NCBI GenBank assembly: GCA_965207065.1
Contig: OZ242260.1
Location: 1,984,001 to 2,048,000 of the forward strand
Source: a bacterium
Lineage (GTDB): Bacteria; UBA8248
Reading direction: 5' to 3'
Length of the DNA: 64,000 nt
A program made the position numbers and the translations under genes. How positions within the stretch are numbered: the first letter of the stretch is position 1; every line of letters starts with the position of its first letter. Below the pieces are notes generated by a model, which saw only the letters and a program-made list of their open reading frames with translations, was not told where the DNA came from and searched no databases. This document shows positions 27,808 through 38,319 of the stretch, one piece after another.

Positions 27808-28797
27808 ATGGCAAGAAGAATCATACCCGTCGTTTTGGTTGCCGCAGCGTTTCTCCTCGCCCAGGGGGCGGCGCCCGCCTTGGGAGCCAAGAAGGTCGTC
27901 ATCAAGGTCGGCCACATGTACAGCAACAAGAACCCCACCCATTACGGGGCTATCGAATTCGGAAAGATACTCGACAAGCTCAGCAAGGGGACCATGGAAG
28001 TGCAGGTGTTCCTGAAGGGCCAGGTCGGCGACGGCAAGACCCAGTTGCAATCGGTGCAGTTGGGAGCGATTCAGGCGACGTTCCAGGGACTCACGCAGTT
28101 TCCCGCTTATGACAGCCTGAACCTGCCCTATTTCTGGAAGAGCACCAAGCACGTGCGCACCGTCGCCAACGGGCCGCTGTTCGAACGCTGGCGCAAGGAG
28201 TTCCTGAAAAAGCGCGGCACCATCATGGTGAGCGTCATCAACCGGGGCGCACGGCACGTGCTCTCGCGCAAGAAGCCTCTGAAAACGCTCGCCGATTTCA
28301 AGGGACTCAAAATCCGCGTTCCCCAGGCGCCTCCCTGGGTACTGGCCTTCCGCGGACTGGGCGCGAAGCCCACGCCGATGTCCTGGGCGGACGTTTACAA
28401 CGCCATGCTCCTCGGCACGGTCGACGCCATGGAGAACACCCTGGAGACGCTCTATACCAACAAGTTCTACGAAGTGGGCAAACACCTGACGCTCACGTCT
28501 CATCTCTCCTCGACGTCGTACTTCATGGTGAACGACAAGTGGCGCAAAGGCCTGAACAAGCAGCAGCGCAAGTGGTTCGACGACGCGCTGTCCAAGGGTA
28601 TCGCCCACGCGCAGAAAATCTACACCGACCTCGAGAACGCCTACCTCGAGAAGTTCAAGAAAAAGGGCGTGAAAATCTACAACATCAACGTGGATGAATT
28701 CGCCAAGAAAACCGCCTCGGCTGCTGAGACCATCGGCACGAAGGGGTGGGGCAAGGACTTCTTCGCTAAAGTCAAGGCGACGCGCTCGAAGTTCTAA
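27808..28797 (+). CDS. dctP: TRAP transporter substrate-binding protein
   Basis: DFKGLKIRVP, LGAKPTPMSWADVY, GTVDAMEN, FYEVGKH. RBS GGAGG. Confidence 0.92.
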   Translation: MARRIIPVVLVAAAFLLAQGAAPALGAKKVVIKVGHMYSNKNPTHYGAIEFGKILDKLSKGTMEVQVFLKGQVGDGKTQLQSVQLGAIQATFQGLTQFPAYDSLNLPYFWKSTKHVRTVANGPLFERWRKEFLKKRGTIMVSVINRGARHVLSRKKPLKTLADFKGLKIRVPQAPPWVLAFRGLGAKPTPMSWADVYNAMLLGTVDAMENTLETLYTNKFYEVGKHLTLTSHLSSTSYFMVNDKWRKGLNKQQRKWFDDALSKGIAHAQKIYTDLENAYLEKFKKKGVKIYNINVDEFAKKTASAAETIGTKGWGKDFFAKVKATRSKF

Positions 28798-28850
28798 GGT
28801 AGTAGTTTCGATAGTCGCGCCGGGTAAGCTGCACGGCGCAACAAGAAATT

Positions 28851-28890
28851 AAACACCGCCGGTTGTGGTGAGCCGGCGGTGTTTTTTGTT
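28851..28890. terminator. Bidirectional rho-independent terminator
   Basis: AAACACCGCCGGT...AGCCGGCGGTGTTTTTT between convergent dctP and dctM. Confidence 0.8.
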
Positions 28891-28893
28891 GTC

Positions 28894-30180
28894 CTAGTTG
28901 ACCGGCAGCAGCAGGTTCGGGAGCCACATGACGAGCGGCGAGTAGTAGACCATGGCGAACAGGGTGACGATGAGCGGAATATAAAACGGCGTAGTGGCCC
29001 GCACGATGGTCCAGAAAGGCACTTTCGTAATGTCCGACACCACGTATAGAGCGAGCGCGAATGGCGGCGTGAGGTTTCCGATAACCAGATTCAAAACCAT
29101 GAACACGCCCAGGTGCACCAAGTCGATATCCAGCGCCTGTGCGATGGGCAGCATGACCGGCGTGACGATGAGCAGCAGGGGCGTCGGTTCCATCACCATG
29201 CCGCCGATGAGCAGGAATATGTTGAGAACGAAGAGAATGAGCCACTTCTCCTGCAGTGCGGTCATGAGGAAGTGGGCGAATATGAAGGGGACGCGCTCGA
29301 TGGTGATGAGGCGCGTGAAGACCGAAGCGGCGGAGAATATGAACAGCACCACCGCCGTATAGATGATCACCGTCGATAGGATGCGGGGGATGTCCGTGAG
29401 GCGGACCTCCTTGTAGACCACCATTCCGAGAAAGAGCGACCACGCCACGGCGAGCACGGCCGCCTCGGTGGGCGTCGTGGCGCCCGAACCGATTCCGCCC
29501 AGGATGATCGCAGGCGTCATCAGCGCCAGAAAGGCGGAGCGGAAGCTCTTCCATATCTGGACGAGCGAGGCGCGCGGATACTTCTTGTATCCCCGCTTGC
29601 GGGAGATGAAATAGACGATCACCATCATCGCGCCGCCCATGAAGAAGCCCGGAACCACGCCGCCCAGGAACACGCGCCCCGCCGATTCCTCTGCGATGCT
29701 CGCGTATATCACCATGATGATGCTGGGCGGGATGATGGGCCCGATGCAAGAACTCGCGGCCGTAACGGCAGCCGAGAATGGCTTGTCGTAGCCCTCCTTG
29801 GTCATGCCTTCGATCTCCACGCGGCCCAGGCCCGCCGCGTCGGCAAGCGCGGAGCCGGACATGCCCGCGAAGATGATGCTGGCGACGATGTTCGCGTGTC
29901 CCAGACTGCCGGTGAAATGGCCCACCAGCGTTTTGGCGAAATCGAAAATCCTGTCCGTGACCTTCGCGATGTTCATGATCTGGGCGGCGAAAATGAACAG
30001 CGGAATGGCGATGAGCGAGTAATGCTCCAGCGAGCCGATCATGATGCTCGCGAGGAAGGTGATCGGCATCTCGGAGAGGAACGTCAGGTAAAACAGACAG
30101 GTGAATACGAGGGCCAGGGCTATCGGTGTGTTGAAGGAGAGGAAGAGGAAGAACAGCAATACGAGTATCAATGCGTTCAT
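28894..30180 (-). CDS. dctM: TRAP transporter large permease
   Basis: LIAIPLFIFA, GMSGSALAD, GPIIPPSI, TPTEAA, GNLTPPF. Confidence 0.94.
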   Translation of the reverse strand: MNALILVLLFFLFLSFNTPIALALVFTCLFYLTFLSEMPITFLASIMIGSLEHYSLIAIPLFIFAAQIMNIAKVTDRIFDFAKTLVGHFTGSLGHANIVASIIFAGMSGSALADAAGLGRVEIEGMTKEGYDKPFSAAVTAASSCIGPIIPPSIIMVIYASIAEESAGRVFLGGVVPGFFMGGAMMVIVYFISRKRGYKKYPRASLVQIWKSFRSAFLALMTPAIILGGIGSGATTPTEAAVLAVAWSLFLGMVVYKEVRLTDIPRILSTVIIYTAVVLFIFSAASVFTRLITIERVPFIFAHFLMTALQEKWLILFVLNIFLLIGGMVMEPTPLLLIVTPVMLPIAQALDIDLVHLGVFMVLNLVIGNLTPPFALALYVVSDITKVPFWTIVRATTPFYIPLIVTLFAMVYYSPLVMWLPNLLLPVN

Positions 30181-30196
30181 GTAGGCTCCTTCTCGC

Positions 30197-30865
30197 TCAC
30201 ACCGCCGGGGAACTCCGGTGGCTCAGTTCCATCTTATTCGTGATCAATCCCAATAGTTGGCGTCCCGAGTGGATGATCATCAGGGCCATTCCCACGGGAA
30301 ACGATGCGCTCTGGTAGGTTTGCGGGAACTCGAGCGCCGAAGAAGGGTAGGTCCATTCCAGAATCGCCACCTGGATTCCCTGGTACAGGAGCAGGAGCAG
30401 CGTGAAGAAAATGAGAATTTCGATAACGATGCGAATCTTCCGTTGCCAATGTTCCGGCAACTGACCGACGAAGGTCTCCATCGTCAGCTTCTCGCCGTGC
30501 TTGTATGCGAGCGCAGCGCCGATGAAGACGGCCCAGTGGAAACAGAGCAACGTAACTTCCTCGGCCCATACGATGGGGTCGTCCAGGATGTATCTGAAAT
30601 ACACCTGCATGAAGACGATATATCCGATGGCCGCCAGGAAGGGATATGCCAGAAGTTCCTCCAGATTGCGCAGCAGGAAACCCCAGCCTTCCATCTTCAC
30701 CTGGCGGTAGGCGTAAATGACGACGCCCGCGAGCAGGATGACGGGGACGATGTAATGAAAAACGGGGATGCCGATCAGGATGAGCGGCGGCTGGACCAGG
30801 GTGTAGAACACCCACGAGGATATCTTGAATATCAACTGGAAAGGTAAAGCTATCCACTCCGACAC
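30197..30865 (-). CDS. dctQ: TRAP transporter small permease with N-terminal hydrophobic extension
   Basis: QVYFRYIL...PIVWAEEV...WAVFIGAA. Confidence 0.88.
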   Translation of the reverse strand: MSEWIALPFQLIFKISSWVFYTLVQPPLILIGIPVFHYIVPVILLAGVVIYAYRQVKMEGWGFLLRNLEELLAYPFLAAIGYIVFMQVYFRYILDDPIVWAEEVTLLCFHWAVFIGAALAYKHGEKLTMETFVGQLPEHWQRKIRIVIEILIFFTLLLLLYQGIQVAILEWTYPSSALEFPQTYQSASFPVGMALMIIHSGRQLLGLITNKMELSHRSSPAV

Positions 30866-30978
30866 GGAATAACCCCCTATGGGGAAGCGAGTGCTCTGTG
30901 CTCGGAATTCCGCTTTTTCAGTATGTATCCCTTGTACAGAAGCATGGAATCGGGGTCAACCGGGCGTTTTCGGGCCGC

Positions 30979-32079
30979 CTAGAGGTCGCGCCACGGCTGG
31001 AGCACGGTTTTGACCTGTTCTTCATCGGGAAATTCCCCGCCCGTGATGCGCACGGCGCGTTCCGCCTCGGCGAGCGGGAAGCGGTGGGTCACCATCTCCT
31101 CGAAGGGATACGGCGAGTTGGCCGCAAAGTCGAGCGCGCCCCGCACGGCGTCGCTCGTGTGGCTGTATGCGCCCTGGATGCGAATTTCGCCCCACACCAG
31201 AGGGTCTAGTTCCAGAGTTCCTTCCTTCCCGCCGGTGAGTCCGGCCAGCACCACCGTGCCCAGCCTGCGGACGAGTTTTGGGGCGAGGCTCGCGGCGGCG
31301 GGGCTGCCCGTCACGTCGACCACCACGTCCGCCATCCGCCCGCCCGTGAGCTTGCGGACTTCTTCCTCGGGGTCTGCGGCCTCGACGTCGATGGCGTGAT
31401 CCGCGCCGAAGCGTTTCGCCGCCTCCAAACGCTTCGCGTCGCGCGAGAGACCAGTGACGATCACCAGTCCCGCTCCGGTATGTTTCGCCACCGCGCACGC
31501 GCAAAGACCCTGGGGGCCGGGGCCTTGCACCACCACGGCGTCGCCGACCGAGATGCCGCCCAGATCGTGCGCCCACCGCACCCCGTTCGCCAGCACGGCG
31601 GTGATGAGCACGGCGGATTCATCCGTAAGACCATCGGGCGCCTTGTGGATTCCCACCCCCGGCGGCAGGTATACGTACTGCCCGTAAGCGCCCCACAGGT
31701 GAGGCGGCTCCTGGCAGGAGCGGACACTGCCGTAGACCATCGCGTCCTTGCACAGGCGGCGGTTGCCGGTGTGGCAGTACCAGCACTGGTTACAGCCCAC
31801 CTGCGCCTCCACCACAAGGCGGTCGCCCTCCTTGACGCCGAGGCGTTTCTGGACGTTTTTCCCGACCTTGGCGAGGCGGCCAACCATCTCGTGACCCATG
31901 ATGATGGGGTAGCTCCATCGGTGGGCGACCTTGCCATTGAAATACTTATAATCCGAGGAACAAACGCCCACCATGTCGACGTGGAGAAGGCCGTCCTCAT
32001 CCCCAATCTCGGGCAGGGGGAATTCCTGTAAGCTGATTTTCCCTGGCGTCTCTACGACGGCTGAAACCTCATGCGTCAT
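30979..32079 (-). CDS. Zinc-dependent alcohol dehydrogenase (MDR family)
   Basis: GVCSSD, MGHE, CNQCWYCHTGNRRLC, GPGPQG. Confidence 0.92.
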   Translation of the reverse strand: MTHEVSAVVETPGKISLQEFPLPEIGDEDGLLHVDMVGVCSSDYKYFNGKVAHRWSYPIIMGHEMVGRLAKVGKNVQKRLGVKEGDRLVVEAQVGCNQCWYCHTGNRRLCKDAMVYGSVRSCQEPPHLWGAYGQYVYLPPGVGIHKAPDGLTDESAVLITAVLANGVRWAHDLGGISVGDAVVVQGPGPQGLCACAVAKHTGAGLVIVTGLSRDAKRLEAAKRFGADHAIDVEAADPEEEVRKLTGGRMADVVVDVTGSPAAASLAPKLVRRLGTVVLAGLTGGKEGTLELDPLVWGEIRIQGAYSHTSDAVRGALDFAANSPYPFEEMVTHRFPLAEAERAVRITGGEFPDEEQVKTVLQPWRDL

Positions 32080-32109
32080 GGCCTTCTCCCGTAAATCGTT
32101 TGCGCCGCG

Positions 32110-32766
32110 TTAATCGGTGTCGAACTTCTGAGCGAGGCGGGGGAAGAGGTCGCGCATCGATTCTCCCTGGGCGATGCGTCCTTTCACCTCGTTTTCGATG
32201 TCCCGGATCCGGGTGACCTGCCGCTTCACCTTTTTCAGAGCGCTTTGCGGAACGACGGCCACGCCGTCGATATCCGCGACGACCATGTCGCCTGGTTCCA
32301 CTCGGACCCCGCAGCAGGTGACGGGGGCGTCTTTCGCCACGACTTCCAGGCGCTTCGGAAAAGCCAGGCTCCACACCGATTTGCTGAACACGGGGAAATC
32401 GAGGTCCCGGAGGGCTTCGAGATCGCGCGTCGCTCCGTCGATCACGCAGCCAAGGGCGCCGCGCCGTTTGCAGACGCTGCTCGCGCCCCCGCCCCAGACG
32501 GCCAGGGGAGAGCTCGCCGCGTCGACGACGACCACCGAGCCCGCGGGAACTTCTTCCACGGCGTCATAGAGGCTGAAAAGGGCCTTGGCGCCCGGGTTTC
32601 GCACCGGCGCGAACACCATGGTGGCGGCCGGTCCTGCGAACCTTGGATAAGTCTCGGGCGCGTTGGGCCGGGGGCCTTCCATGATGAGATTGAGCCCCAG
32701 GGCCGTGGCGGCGTCGCCGAGCGTGGCCGTCTCGACGTCTGAGAAAAACACTGCGTCCGAATCCAT
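32110..32766 (-). CDS. RraA / 4-hydroxy-4-methyl-2-oxoglutarate aldolase family protein
   Basis: TATLGDA, AVWGG, VIDGATRD, VEPGDMVVADIDGVAVVP. Confidence 0.88.
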   Translation of the reverse strand: MDSDAVFFSDVETATLGDAATALGLNLIMEGPRPNAPETYPRFAGPAATMVFAPVRNPGAKALFSLYDAVEEVPAGSVVVVDAASSPLAVWGGGASSVCKRRGALGCVIDGATRDLEALRDLDFPVFSKSVWSLAFPKRLEVVAKDAPVTCCGVRVEPGDMVVADIDGVAVVPQSALKKVKRQVTRIRDIENEVKGRIAQGESMRDLFPRLAQKFDTD

Positions 32767-32824
32767 GCGGGTCTCCTTTGAAGAAATCCGTACATTACGG
32801 TGTTTCTGCACGAATGTCCGCCTT

Positions 32825-32910
32825 GAAACACACCTGAAACAAAGCATCACGTAACAAGGTGGCAACATAACTTTTACGCAAAGGAAACACATATTTAAAA
32901 TTATGGAAAC
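32825..32910 (+). promoter_or_regulatory. 11-bp-periodic direct-repeat operator (GlnR/OmpR-like) upstream of nirA
   Basis: GAAAC at 32825/32836; GTAAC 32851, GCAAC 32862, TTTAC 32873, GAAAC 32884; GAAAC 32906. Confidence 0.6.
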
Positions 32911-33016
32911 CACCGACCCGCCTCCCGTCTGCTATTCATACTCCCGGTGAGGGAGATGAGCATGGTCTCCACCAGGGTTTGTGCTTCAGGTTTCATCGAC
33001 TCGGGAGAGAAATCAG

Positions 33017-34528
33017 ATGCGGGCGGTTTCGGATCAGAAAATCAACAAAATCGAGGAAATCAAGGCGGAGAAAGACCCCTTCGACATCGCCGGAGAAATC
33101 GCGCGATTCGCGAACGAGGGTTGGGAAGCGATTCCGGATGACGACAAAGAGCGGTTGAAGTGGCGCGGGGTGTTTTTCCGTAAGCAGACGCCCGGACACT
33201 TCATGATGCGGCTTCGCTCCTCGAACGGCTTGATGAATTCCGAGCAATTCCGCGTCATCGCCCGCATCAGCGATGAGTTCGGTCCAGGCCATGCGGACAT
33301 CACCACGCGCCAGCAGATCCAGTTGCGCGGAGTGGCGATAGACCGGGTGGAGGAAATCTGGCGAAGACTCGAAGACGTCGGCCTGCATTCGCGTCAGACT
33401 GGAATGGACAACATCCGCGGCATTATGGGCTGTCCCGTTGCAGGCCTGACCCCAAAAGAACTCTTCGACGCATCGGCTGTCGTCAGGCAGTTCGATGAGA
33501 TCATCGTAGGCAACCGCGAATTCACGAACCTGCCGCGCAAGTTCAACGTCACGATCACGGGATGTTGCGAGAATTGCACGCACGGCGAGGCTCAGGATAT
33601 TTCTCTCACTCCCGCTTTCAAGGAGATGGGTGGGGAAAAGATAAAAGGCTTCAACGTCGCCGTGGGCGGGAAGATGGGTTCGGGCGGATACACGGTCGCC
33701 ACGCCGCTGGACGTCTTCGTCCTGCCCGAGGAGGCGGCCGAATTGTGCGCGAACATCACGCGCGTTTTCAGAGACAACGGCTCTCGCGGCAACCGCAAGA
33801 AAAACCGCCTTGCGTTTCTGATTCAGGAGTGGGGAGCGGAGAAATTCCGCACAGAACTGGAGAACCGGACGGGCTCTCCACTCGTCACCGCAGGTGAAGA
33901 CGCCAGGGACAAGAAGGCCAAGAATCCCCATGTGGGCATCTTCCGGCAAAAGGAAGCCGGGCTGAATTACGCGGGTCTCGTGGTTCCCGTCGGGCGCATC
34001 ACCTCCCGGCAACTCTTCGAGGCAGCGCGTCTGGCAGACGACTACGGAAGCGGGGACATCCGCCTCACGCCGTTTCAAAACATCATCATCGCGGGGATCC
34101 CCGACGCCAGGGTGGGCGATTTCACACAAGAGCCGCTTCTGAAAGAGCTTCGCTACGACCCGCCCGAGGTGATTCGCGGAATGGTGAGCTGCACGGGCAT
34201 CGACTACTGCCACTTCGCCACCATCGAAACCAAAGAACACGCGATTGAGCTCGGAAAGCAATTGGAGAACCAGGTGGGGCAAACCTTGCCCGTGACTATC
34301 CACTGGTCTGGATGCCCCAACGCCTGCGGGAACCACGCCGCGGCGGACATCGGCCTGCTCGGCAAGAAGGCGCGCCGGGGCAAGGAGGTCGTCGACGCAG
34401 TAGACGTGTTCTTGAAGGGAAAGACCGGCCCGGACTCAAAAGTCCCCCAAAAACTTCTGGAGAACGTGCCGTGTGACGAACTACCGGAACTGTTGTCCCG
34501 GGTCGTTCCGTATATCACGAGAAAATAA
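33017..34528 (+). CDS. nirA: Ferredoxin-nitrite reductase
   Basis: LKWRGVFFR..TPGHFMMRLR, ITTRQQIQ, GMDNIR, NLPRKFN, CTGIDYC, HWSGCPNACG (siroheme/4Fe-4S ligands). Confidence 0.92.
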   Translation: MRAVSDQKINKIEEIKAEKDPFDIAGEIARFANEGWEAIPDDDKERLKWRGVFFRKQTPGHFMMRLRSSNGLMNSEQFRVIARISDEFGPGHADITTRQQIQLRGVAIDRVEEIWRRLEDVGLHSRQTGMDNIRGIMGCPVAGLTPKELFDASAVVRQFDEIIVGNREFTNLPRKFNVTITGCCENCTHGEAQDISLTPAFKEMGGEKIKGFNVAVGGKMGSGGYTVATPLDVFVLPEEAAELCANITRVFRDNGSRGNRKKNRLAFLIQEWGAEKFRTELENRTGSPLVTAGEDARDKKAKNPHVGIFRQKEAGLNYAGLVVPVGRITSRQLFEAARLADDYGSGDIRLTPFQNIIIAGIPDARVGDFTQEPLLKELRYDPPEVIRGMVSCTGIDYCHFATIETKEHAIELGKQLENQVGQTLPVTIHWSGCPNACGNHAAADIGLLGKKARRGKEVVDAVDVFLKGKTGPDSKVPQKLLENVPCDELPELLSRVVPYITRK

Positions 34529-34561
34529 ACACGCCGGACCAAGCCAAAAAAGGAGACAGAA

Positions 34562-35908
34562 ATGGATTTTGCGAACAAAGCGACTCGAATCCGCCTCACC
34601 GACTTCAAGACCCCGCAGATGCGAGCTTTTCACGTGACGTGGTTCGCCTTCTTTCTATGCTTTTTCGGCTGGTTCGGCATCGCGCCGCTCATGGCGGTCG
34701 TACGCGAGGAATTGCTACTCACGAAAGCGCAAATCGGCAATACCATCATCGCCTCGGTCGCCATCACGGTTCTGGTGCGGCTGCTCATCGGCCCCTTGTG
34801 CGATCGCTACGGGGCGCGGCTTGTCTACTCGGCGCTGCTGGTTCTGGGTTCCATACCCGTCATGGGAATCGGCCTCGCCAACAGCTACGAGACCTTTTTG
34901 CTCTTCCGCCTCGCCATCGGGGCCATCGGCGCTTCGTTCGTCATCACGCAATACCACACCTCGGTCATGTTCGCGCCCAACTGCGTGGGAACCGCCAACG
35001 CCACGACCGCCGGGTGGGGGAACCTTGGCGGGGGCGTCACGCAGATGGCCATGCCGCTGGTGTTCGCGGCGGCCCTCACCTTCGGCGCGGATAAATTCCT
35101 GGGCTGGCGTCTGGCCATGGTCGTTCCCGGAGTCGCGCTGTTCCTGACGGGTATCGCCTACTATTTCCTCACCCAGGACGCGCCGGACGGCAACTATAAG
35201 GAGCTTCGCGAACGCGGCGAGATGGAGCCGGCCAAGGGTTCGGGGTGGACGTCGTTCAAACTCGCGGCGAAAGACTACCGCGTGTGGGCGCTGTTCATCA
35301 TCTACGCGGCCTGTTTCGGCGTGGAACTCACCATCAACAACGTCGCCGCCCTTTATTATTTCGACCACTTCAAGCTGGACATCAAGACAGCCGGTCTCAT
35401 CGCGGGTCTTTTCGGACTCATGAACATCTTCGCCAGAACGCTGGGCGGCGTGTTTTCCGACAAAATTGCTGTACGAGGCGGCCTCAAGGGCCGAGTCTGG
35501 TTCATGGGTATCGTTATATTTCTCGAAGGAATCGCGCTCATGATTTTCGCGAACATGGAGACGCTGTTGTTAGCGGTTCCGGCGATGATCATCTTCAGCC
35601 TGTTCGTTCAGATGGCGGAGGGGGCCACCTATGGCATCGTTCCCTTTATGAATAAAAAGGCGTTGGGCGCGGTGGCCGGTATCGTGGGCGCAGGCGGAAA
35701 CGCGGGCGCCGTGGCGGCCGGCTTCCTGTTCCGCGCCGAGGGTCTGACGACGCAGGAAGCCCTTTTCTACTTGGGCGCGACGGTGGCGGCCTGTTCCGTC
35801 CTGGCGCTTGCGGTGCAGTTCACACCCGAAGTGATCGCCCGGGAGAAAGAAGCCCTGGCGGCTGCGCTCAACGAGAGGGAGCAAGTGGGTATGCGCCCGG
35901 CAGCCTAG
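34562..35908 (+). CDS. narK: Nitrate/nitrite MFS transporter (NNP family, NRT2/NarK-type)
   Basis: Nitrate signature AGWGNLGGG; FGVELT; GMNIFARTLGG-like motif. Confidence 0.9.
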   Translation: MDFANKATRIRLTDFKTPQMRAFHVTWFAFFLCFFGWFGIAPLMAVVREELLLTKAQIGNTIIASVAITVLVRLLIGPLCDRYGARLVYSALLVLGSIPVMGIGLANSYETFLLFRLAIGAIGASFVITQYHTSVMFAPNCVGTANATTAGWGNLGGGVTQMAMPLVFAAALTFGADKFLGWRLAMVVPGVALFLTGIAYYFLTQDAPDGNYKELRERGEMEPAKGSGWTSFKLAAKDYRVWALFIIYAACFGVELTINNVAALYYFDHFKLDIKTAGLIAGLFGLMNIFARTLGGVFSDKIAVRGGLKGRVWFMGIVIFLEGIALMIFANMETLLLAVPAMIIFSLFVQMAEGATYGIVPFMNKKALGAVAGIVGAGGNAGAVAAGFLFRAEGLTTQEALFYLGATVAACSVLALAVQFTPEVIAREKEALAAALNEREQVGMRPAA

Positions 35909-36017
35909 GGCGGACGACCTGTATCCCGGTCATGAGGAATGCGCAGTCGGCATCGCGGGCTGCGTCTTCCCTTGCCGCTCGACGATGAACGCGTTTTGAA
36001 GTGTGGGAGTGCAACGT

Positions 36018-38162
36018 ATGGATGTGGATGAGATAGACGAATCAATCCGTTCGGGCAAGGCGGTGTGTCCTTACTGCGGCGTGGGGTGCGTCATCACGGC
36101 CAAAGTGCGCAATAACAAGATCATCAAAATCGGGGCCGATAAGGATCAGGCGCCCAATTTCGGCATGCTGTGTCCAAAGGGCGCTTATCTGAAAGAAGTA
36201 TTCGATGAATCGGGAAGACTCAAATACCCCTTGATTCGCCGCCACCGGGGCATGGCGCCGACCCGCGTTTCCTGGGAGGAAGCCATCGACTTCGCCGCGG
36301 TAAGACTCCTAGAGATACAAAAGGAACACGGGCGGGACAGCGTCGGATTTTATGGATCCGGTCAACTCGACACCGAGGCGTCCTATCTTTTCACGAAAAT
36401 CTTCAAGGGCTATCTCCAGACGAACAACATGGACACCAACAGCCGCCTGTGCATGTCGAGCGCGGTGGCCGCCTATACGCAATCCTTCGGTTCCGACGCG
36501 CCTCCGACGTGCTACGACGACATCCAGCACGCCGAAGTCATCCTCATCATCGGCGCGAACATGGCGGAGAACCACCCGGTTCTTTTCCAGATGATCCGCA
36601 AACGCCGCGTGAAGGGCGGAAACGTGCGGGTGGTCGTCGTCGATCCGCGCTCGAACCCCACAGCGGAGTTCGCGGATGTCCACATACGCCTGGCGCCGGG
36701 AAGCGACGTGGCGTTTCTGCAACTCCTTTCCAAGAGACTCCTGGGAATCGGCAGGATGGATGCGCCATTCATCAGAAGGCGAACGGAGGACTTTTCCTCA
36801 TACGCCGCGCATCTCAAAGCGCTGGATGAAGAAGTCCTCCTCAAGACGTGCGATATCCACCCCGCCCGGGTCGACGAGATGGTGGAATATCTTACGACGC
36901 CTTGCAGACTGCTCAGCTTTTACTGTCAGGGGACGAACCAGAGCACCCAAGGCGTGGAGAAATGTCTGGCGCTTCAGAATTTACACCTCCAACTCGGAGA
37001 GATCGGGAAAAAAGGGGCGGGCCCGTTCTCGTTGACGGGCCAGCCCAACGCCATGGGTGGACGCGAGGTGGGTTACCTGTCTCACCAGTTGCCCGGCCAT
37101 CGCCTCGTAGCGAACGATGCGCACCGCGCCTACCTGGAAGGCGCCTGGGGAATCCGGCCGGGGGGCATCTCGACCGAGCCGGGCCTGACGGCCGTGCCCA
37201 TGTTTCAGGCGGCGGCGGAGGGAGCGATTCGCGCCATGTGGATAGCCGCGACGAACCCCGCCGTCACCATGCCGGACGTCAAAGTAGCGCGCGAGGGTCT
37301 CAGGCGGGCGGAACTCGTCATCGTGCAGGATTGCTATTTCCCGACGGAGACAGCGGAGTTCGCGGACGTTCTCCTGCCCGTCGCGCAATGGGGCGAGAAG
37401 GAAGGGACGATGACGAACAGCGAACGCCTCGTCGTGCGGAGTGAGAAGTTTCTCGACCCGCCGGGCGAGGCGATGCCCGATTGGTGGATCGCATCGCAAA
37501 TCGCCGGGGAAATGGGTTTCGATGGATTCGACTTCGCCTCCCACGAGGATGTCTGGAACGAGTTCCGCCGCCTCACCGCAGGCACGTCCTGTGATATGGC
37601 GGGGATGACGGACGAGCGGCTGAGGCAAGCCCCCATGCAATGGCCGTGTCCCCACCCGAGGCATCCTGGCACGCCGAGGCGCTATCTGAGAGGCAGGTTC
37701 GCGACTGAATCCGGCCGGGCGAAGTTCATGCCCTGCGTCCACAAGCCGCCGGATGAAGCCGCAGACGCCCAATATCCCATGACCCTCACCACGGGCCGTG
37801 TGGCCCAGCACTGGCATACGGGGACGCGCACAATGAAGGTGCCCCAACTCGTCAGCCAGGAGCCCGAGCCGTTCATCGAGATTCATCCCGATGACGCCGC
37901 CCGCCACCGCGTGAAAGAGGGAGAATGGATTTTCCTCATCGGTCGCAGGGGAAGAACATACGCCCGCGCCAGATACACGAGCCGCATCCGGCGGGGGCTT
38001 CTCTTCATGCCGATGCACTGGGGCGAGTCGTTCCATCCCGAGACGAACGTGAACCGCGTCACCAACCCCGCGCTCGATCCGGTATCCCACCAACCGGAAC
38101 TCAAGTGCTGCGCCGTGCGCATCGAGCGCGAGGAGAAACGCGCTTCACTCACTCCGGTTTAA
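36018..38162 (+). CDS. narB: Assimilatory nitrate reductase, molybdopterin catalytic subunit
   Basis: CPYCGVGC...LCPKG, DTNSRLCMSSA, LTGQPNAMGGRE, LTTGRVAQHWHT, DPVSHQPELK. Confidence 0.92.
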   Translation: MDVDEIDESIRSGKAVCPYCGVGCVITAKVRNNKIIKIGADKDQAPNFGMLCPKGAYLKEVFDESGRLKYPLIRRHRGMAPTRVSWEEAIDFAAVRLLEIQKEHGRDSVGFYGSGQLDTEASYLFTKIFKGYLQTNNMDTNSRLCMSSAVAAYTQSFGSDAPPTCYDDIQHAEVILIIGANMAENHPVLFQMIRKRRVKGGNVRVVVVDPRSNPTAEFADVHIRLAPGSDVAFLQLLSKRLLGIGRMDAPFIRRRTEDFSSYAAHLKALDEEVLLKTCDIHPARVDEMVEYLTTPCRLLSFYCQGTNQSTQGVEKCLALQNLHLQLGEIGKKGAGPFSLTGQPNAMGGREVGYLSHQLPGHRLVANDAHRAYLEGAWGIRPGGISTEPGLTAVPMFQAAAEGAIRAMWIAATNPAVTMPDVKVAREGLRRAELVIVQDCYFPTETAEFADVLLPVAQWGEKEGTMTNSERLVVRSEKFLDPPGEAMPDWWIASQIAGEMGFDGFDFASHEDVWNEFRRLTAGTSCDMAGMTDERLRQAPMQWPCPHPRHPGTPRRYLRGRFATESGRAKFMPCVHKPPDEAADAQYPMTLTTGRVAQHWHTGTRTMKVPQLVSQEPEPFIEIHPDDAARHRVKEGEWIFLIGRRGRTYARARYTSRIRRGLLFMPMHWGESFHPETNVNRVTNPALDPVSHQPELKCCAVRIEREEKRASLTPV

Positions 38163-38319
38163 TCTCCGGGTACTCTGCTGCTTCTCCCTAAAGATTCGAC
38201 AACACCGGAAGCCGTTCCGCTTTCACTCGAAACCCTTTGTCTGGACTTTGTCCGTACACGGGAGCCGGGTGAACAAACCTCCCCGTTCGGGCTAAGATGA
38301 GGCCATCGGCCACGTCTTT

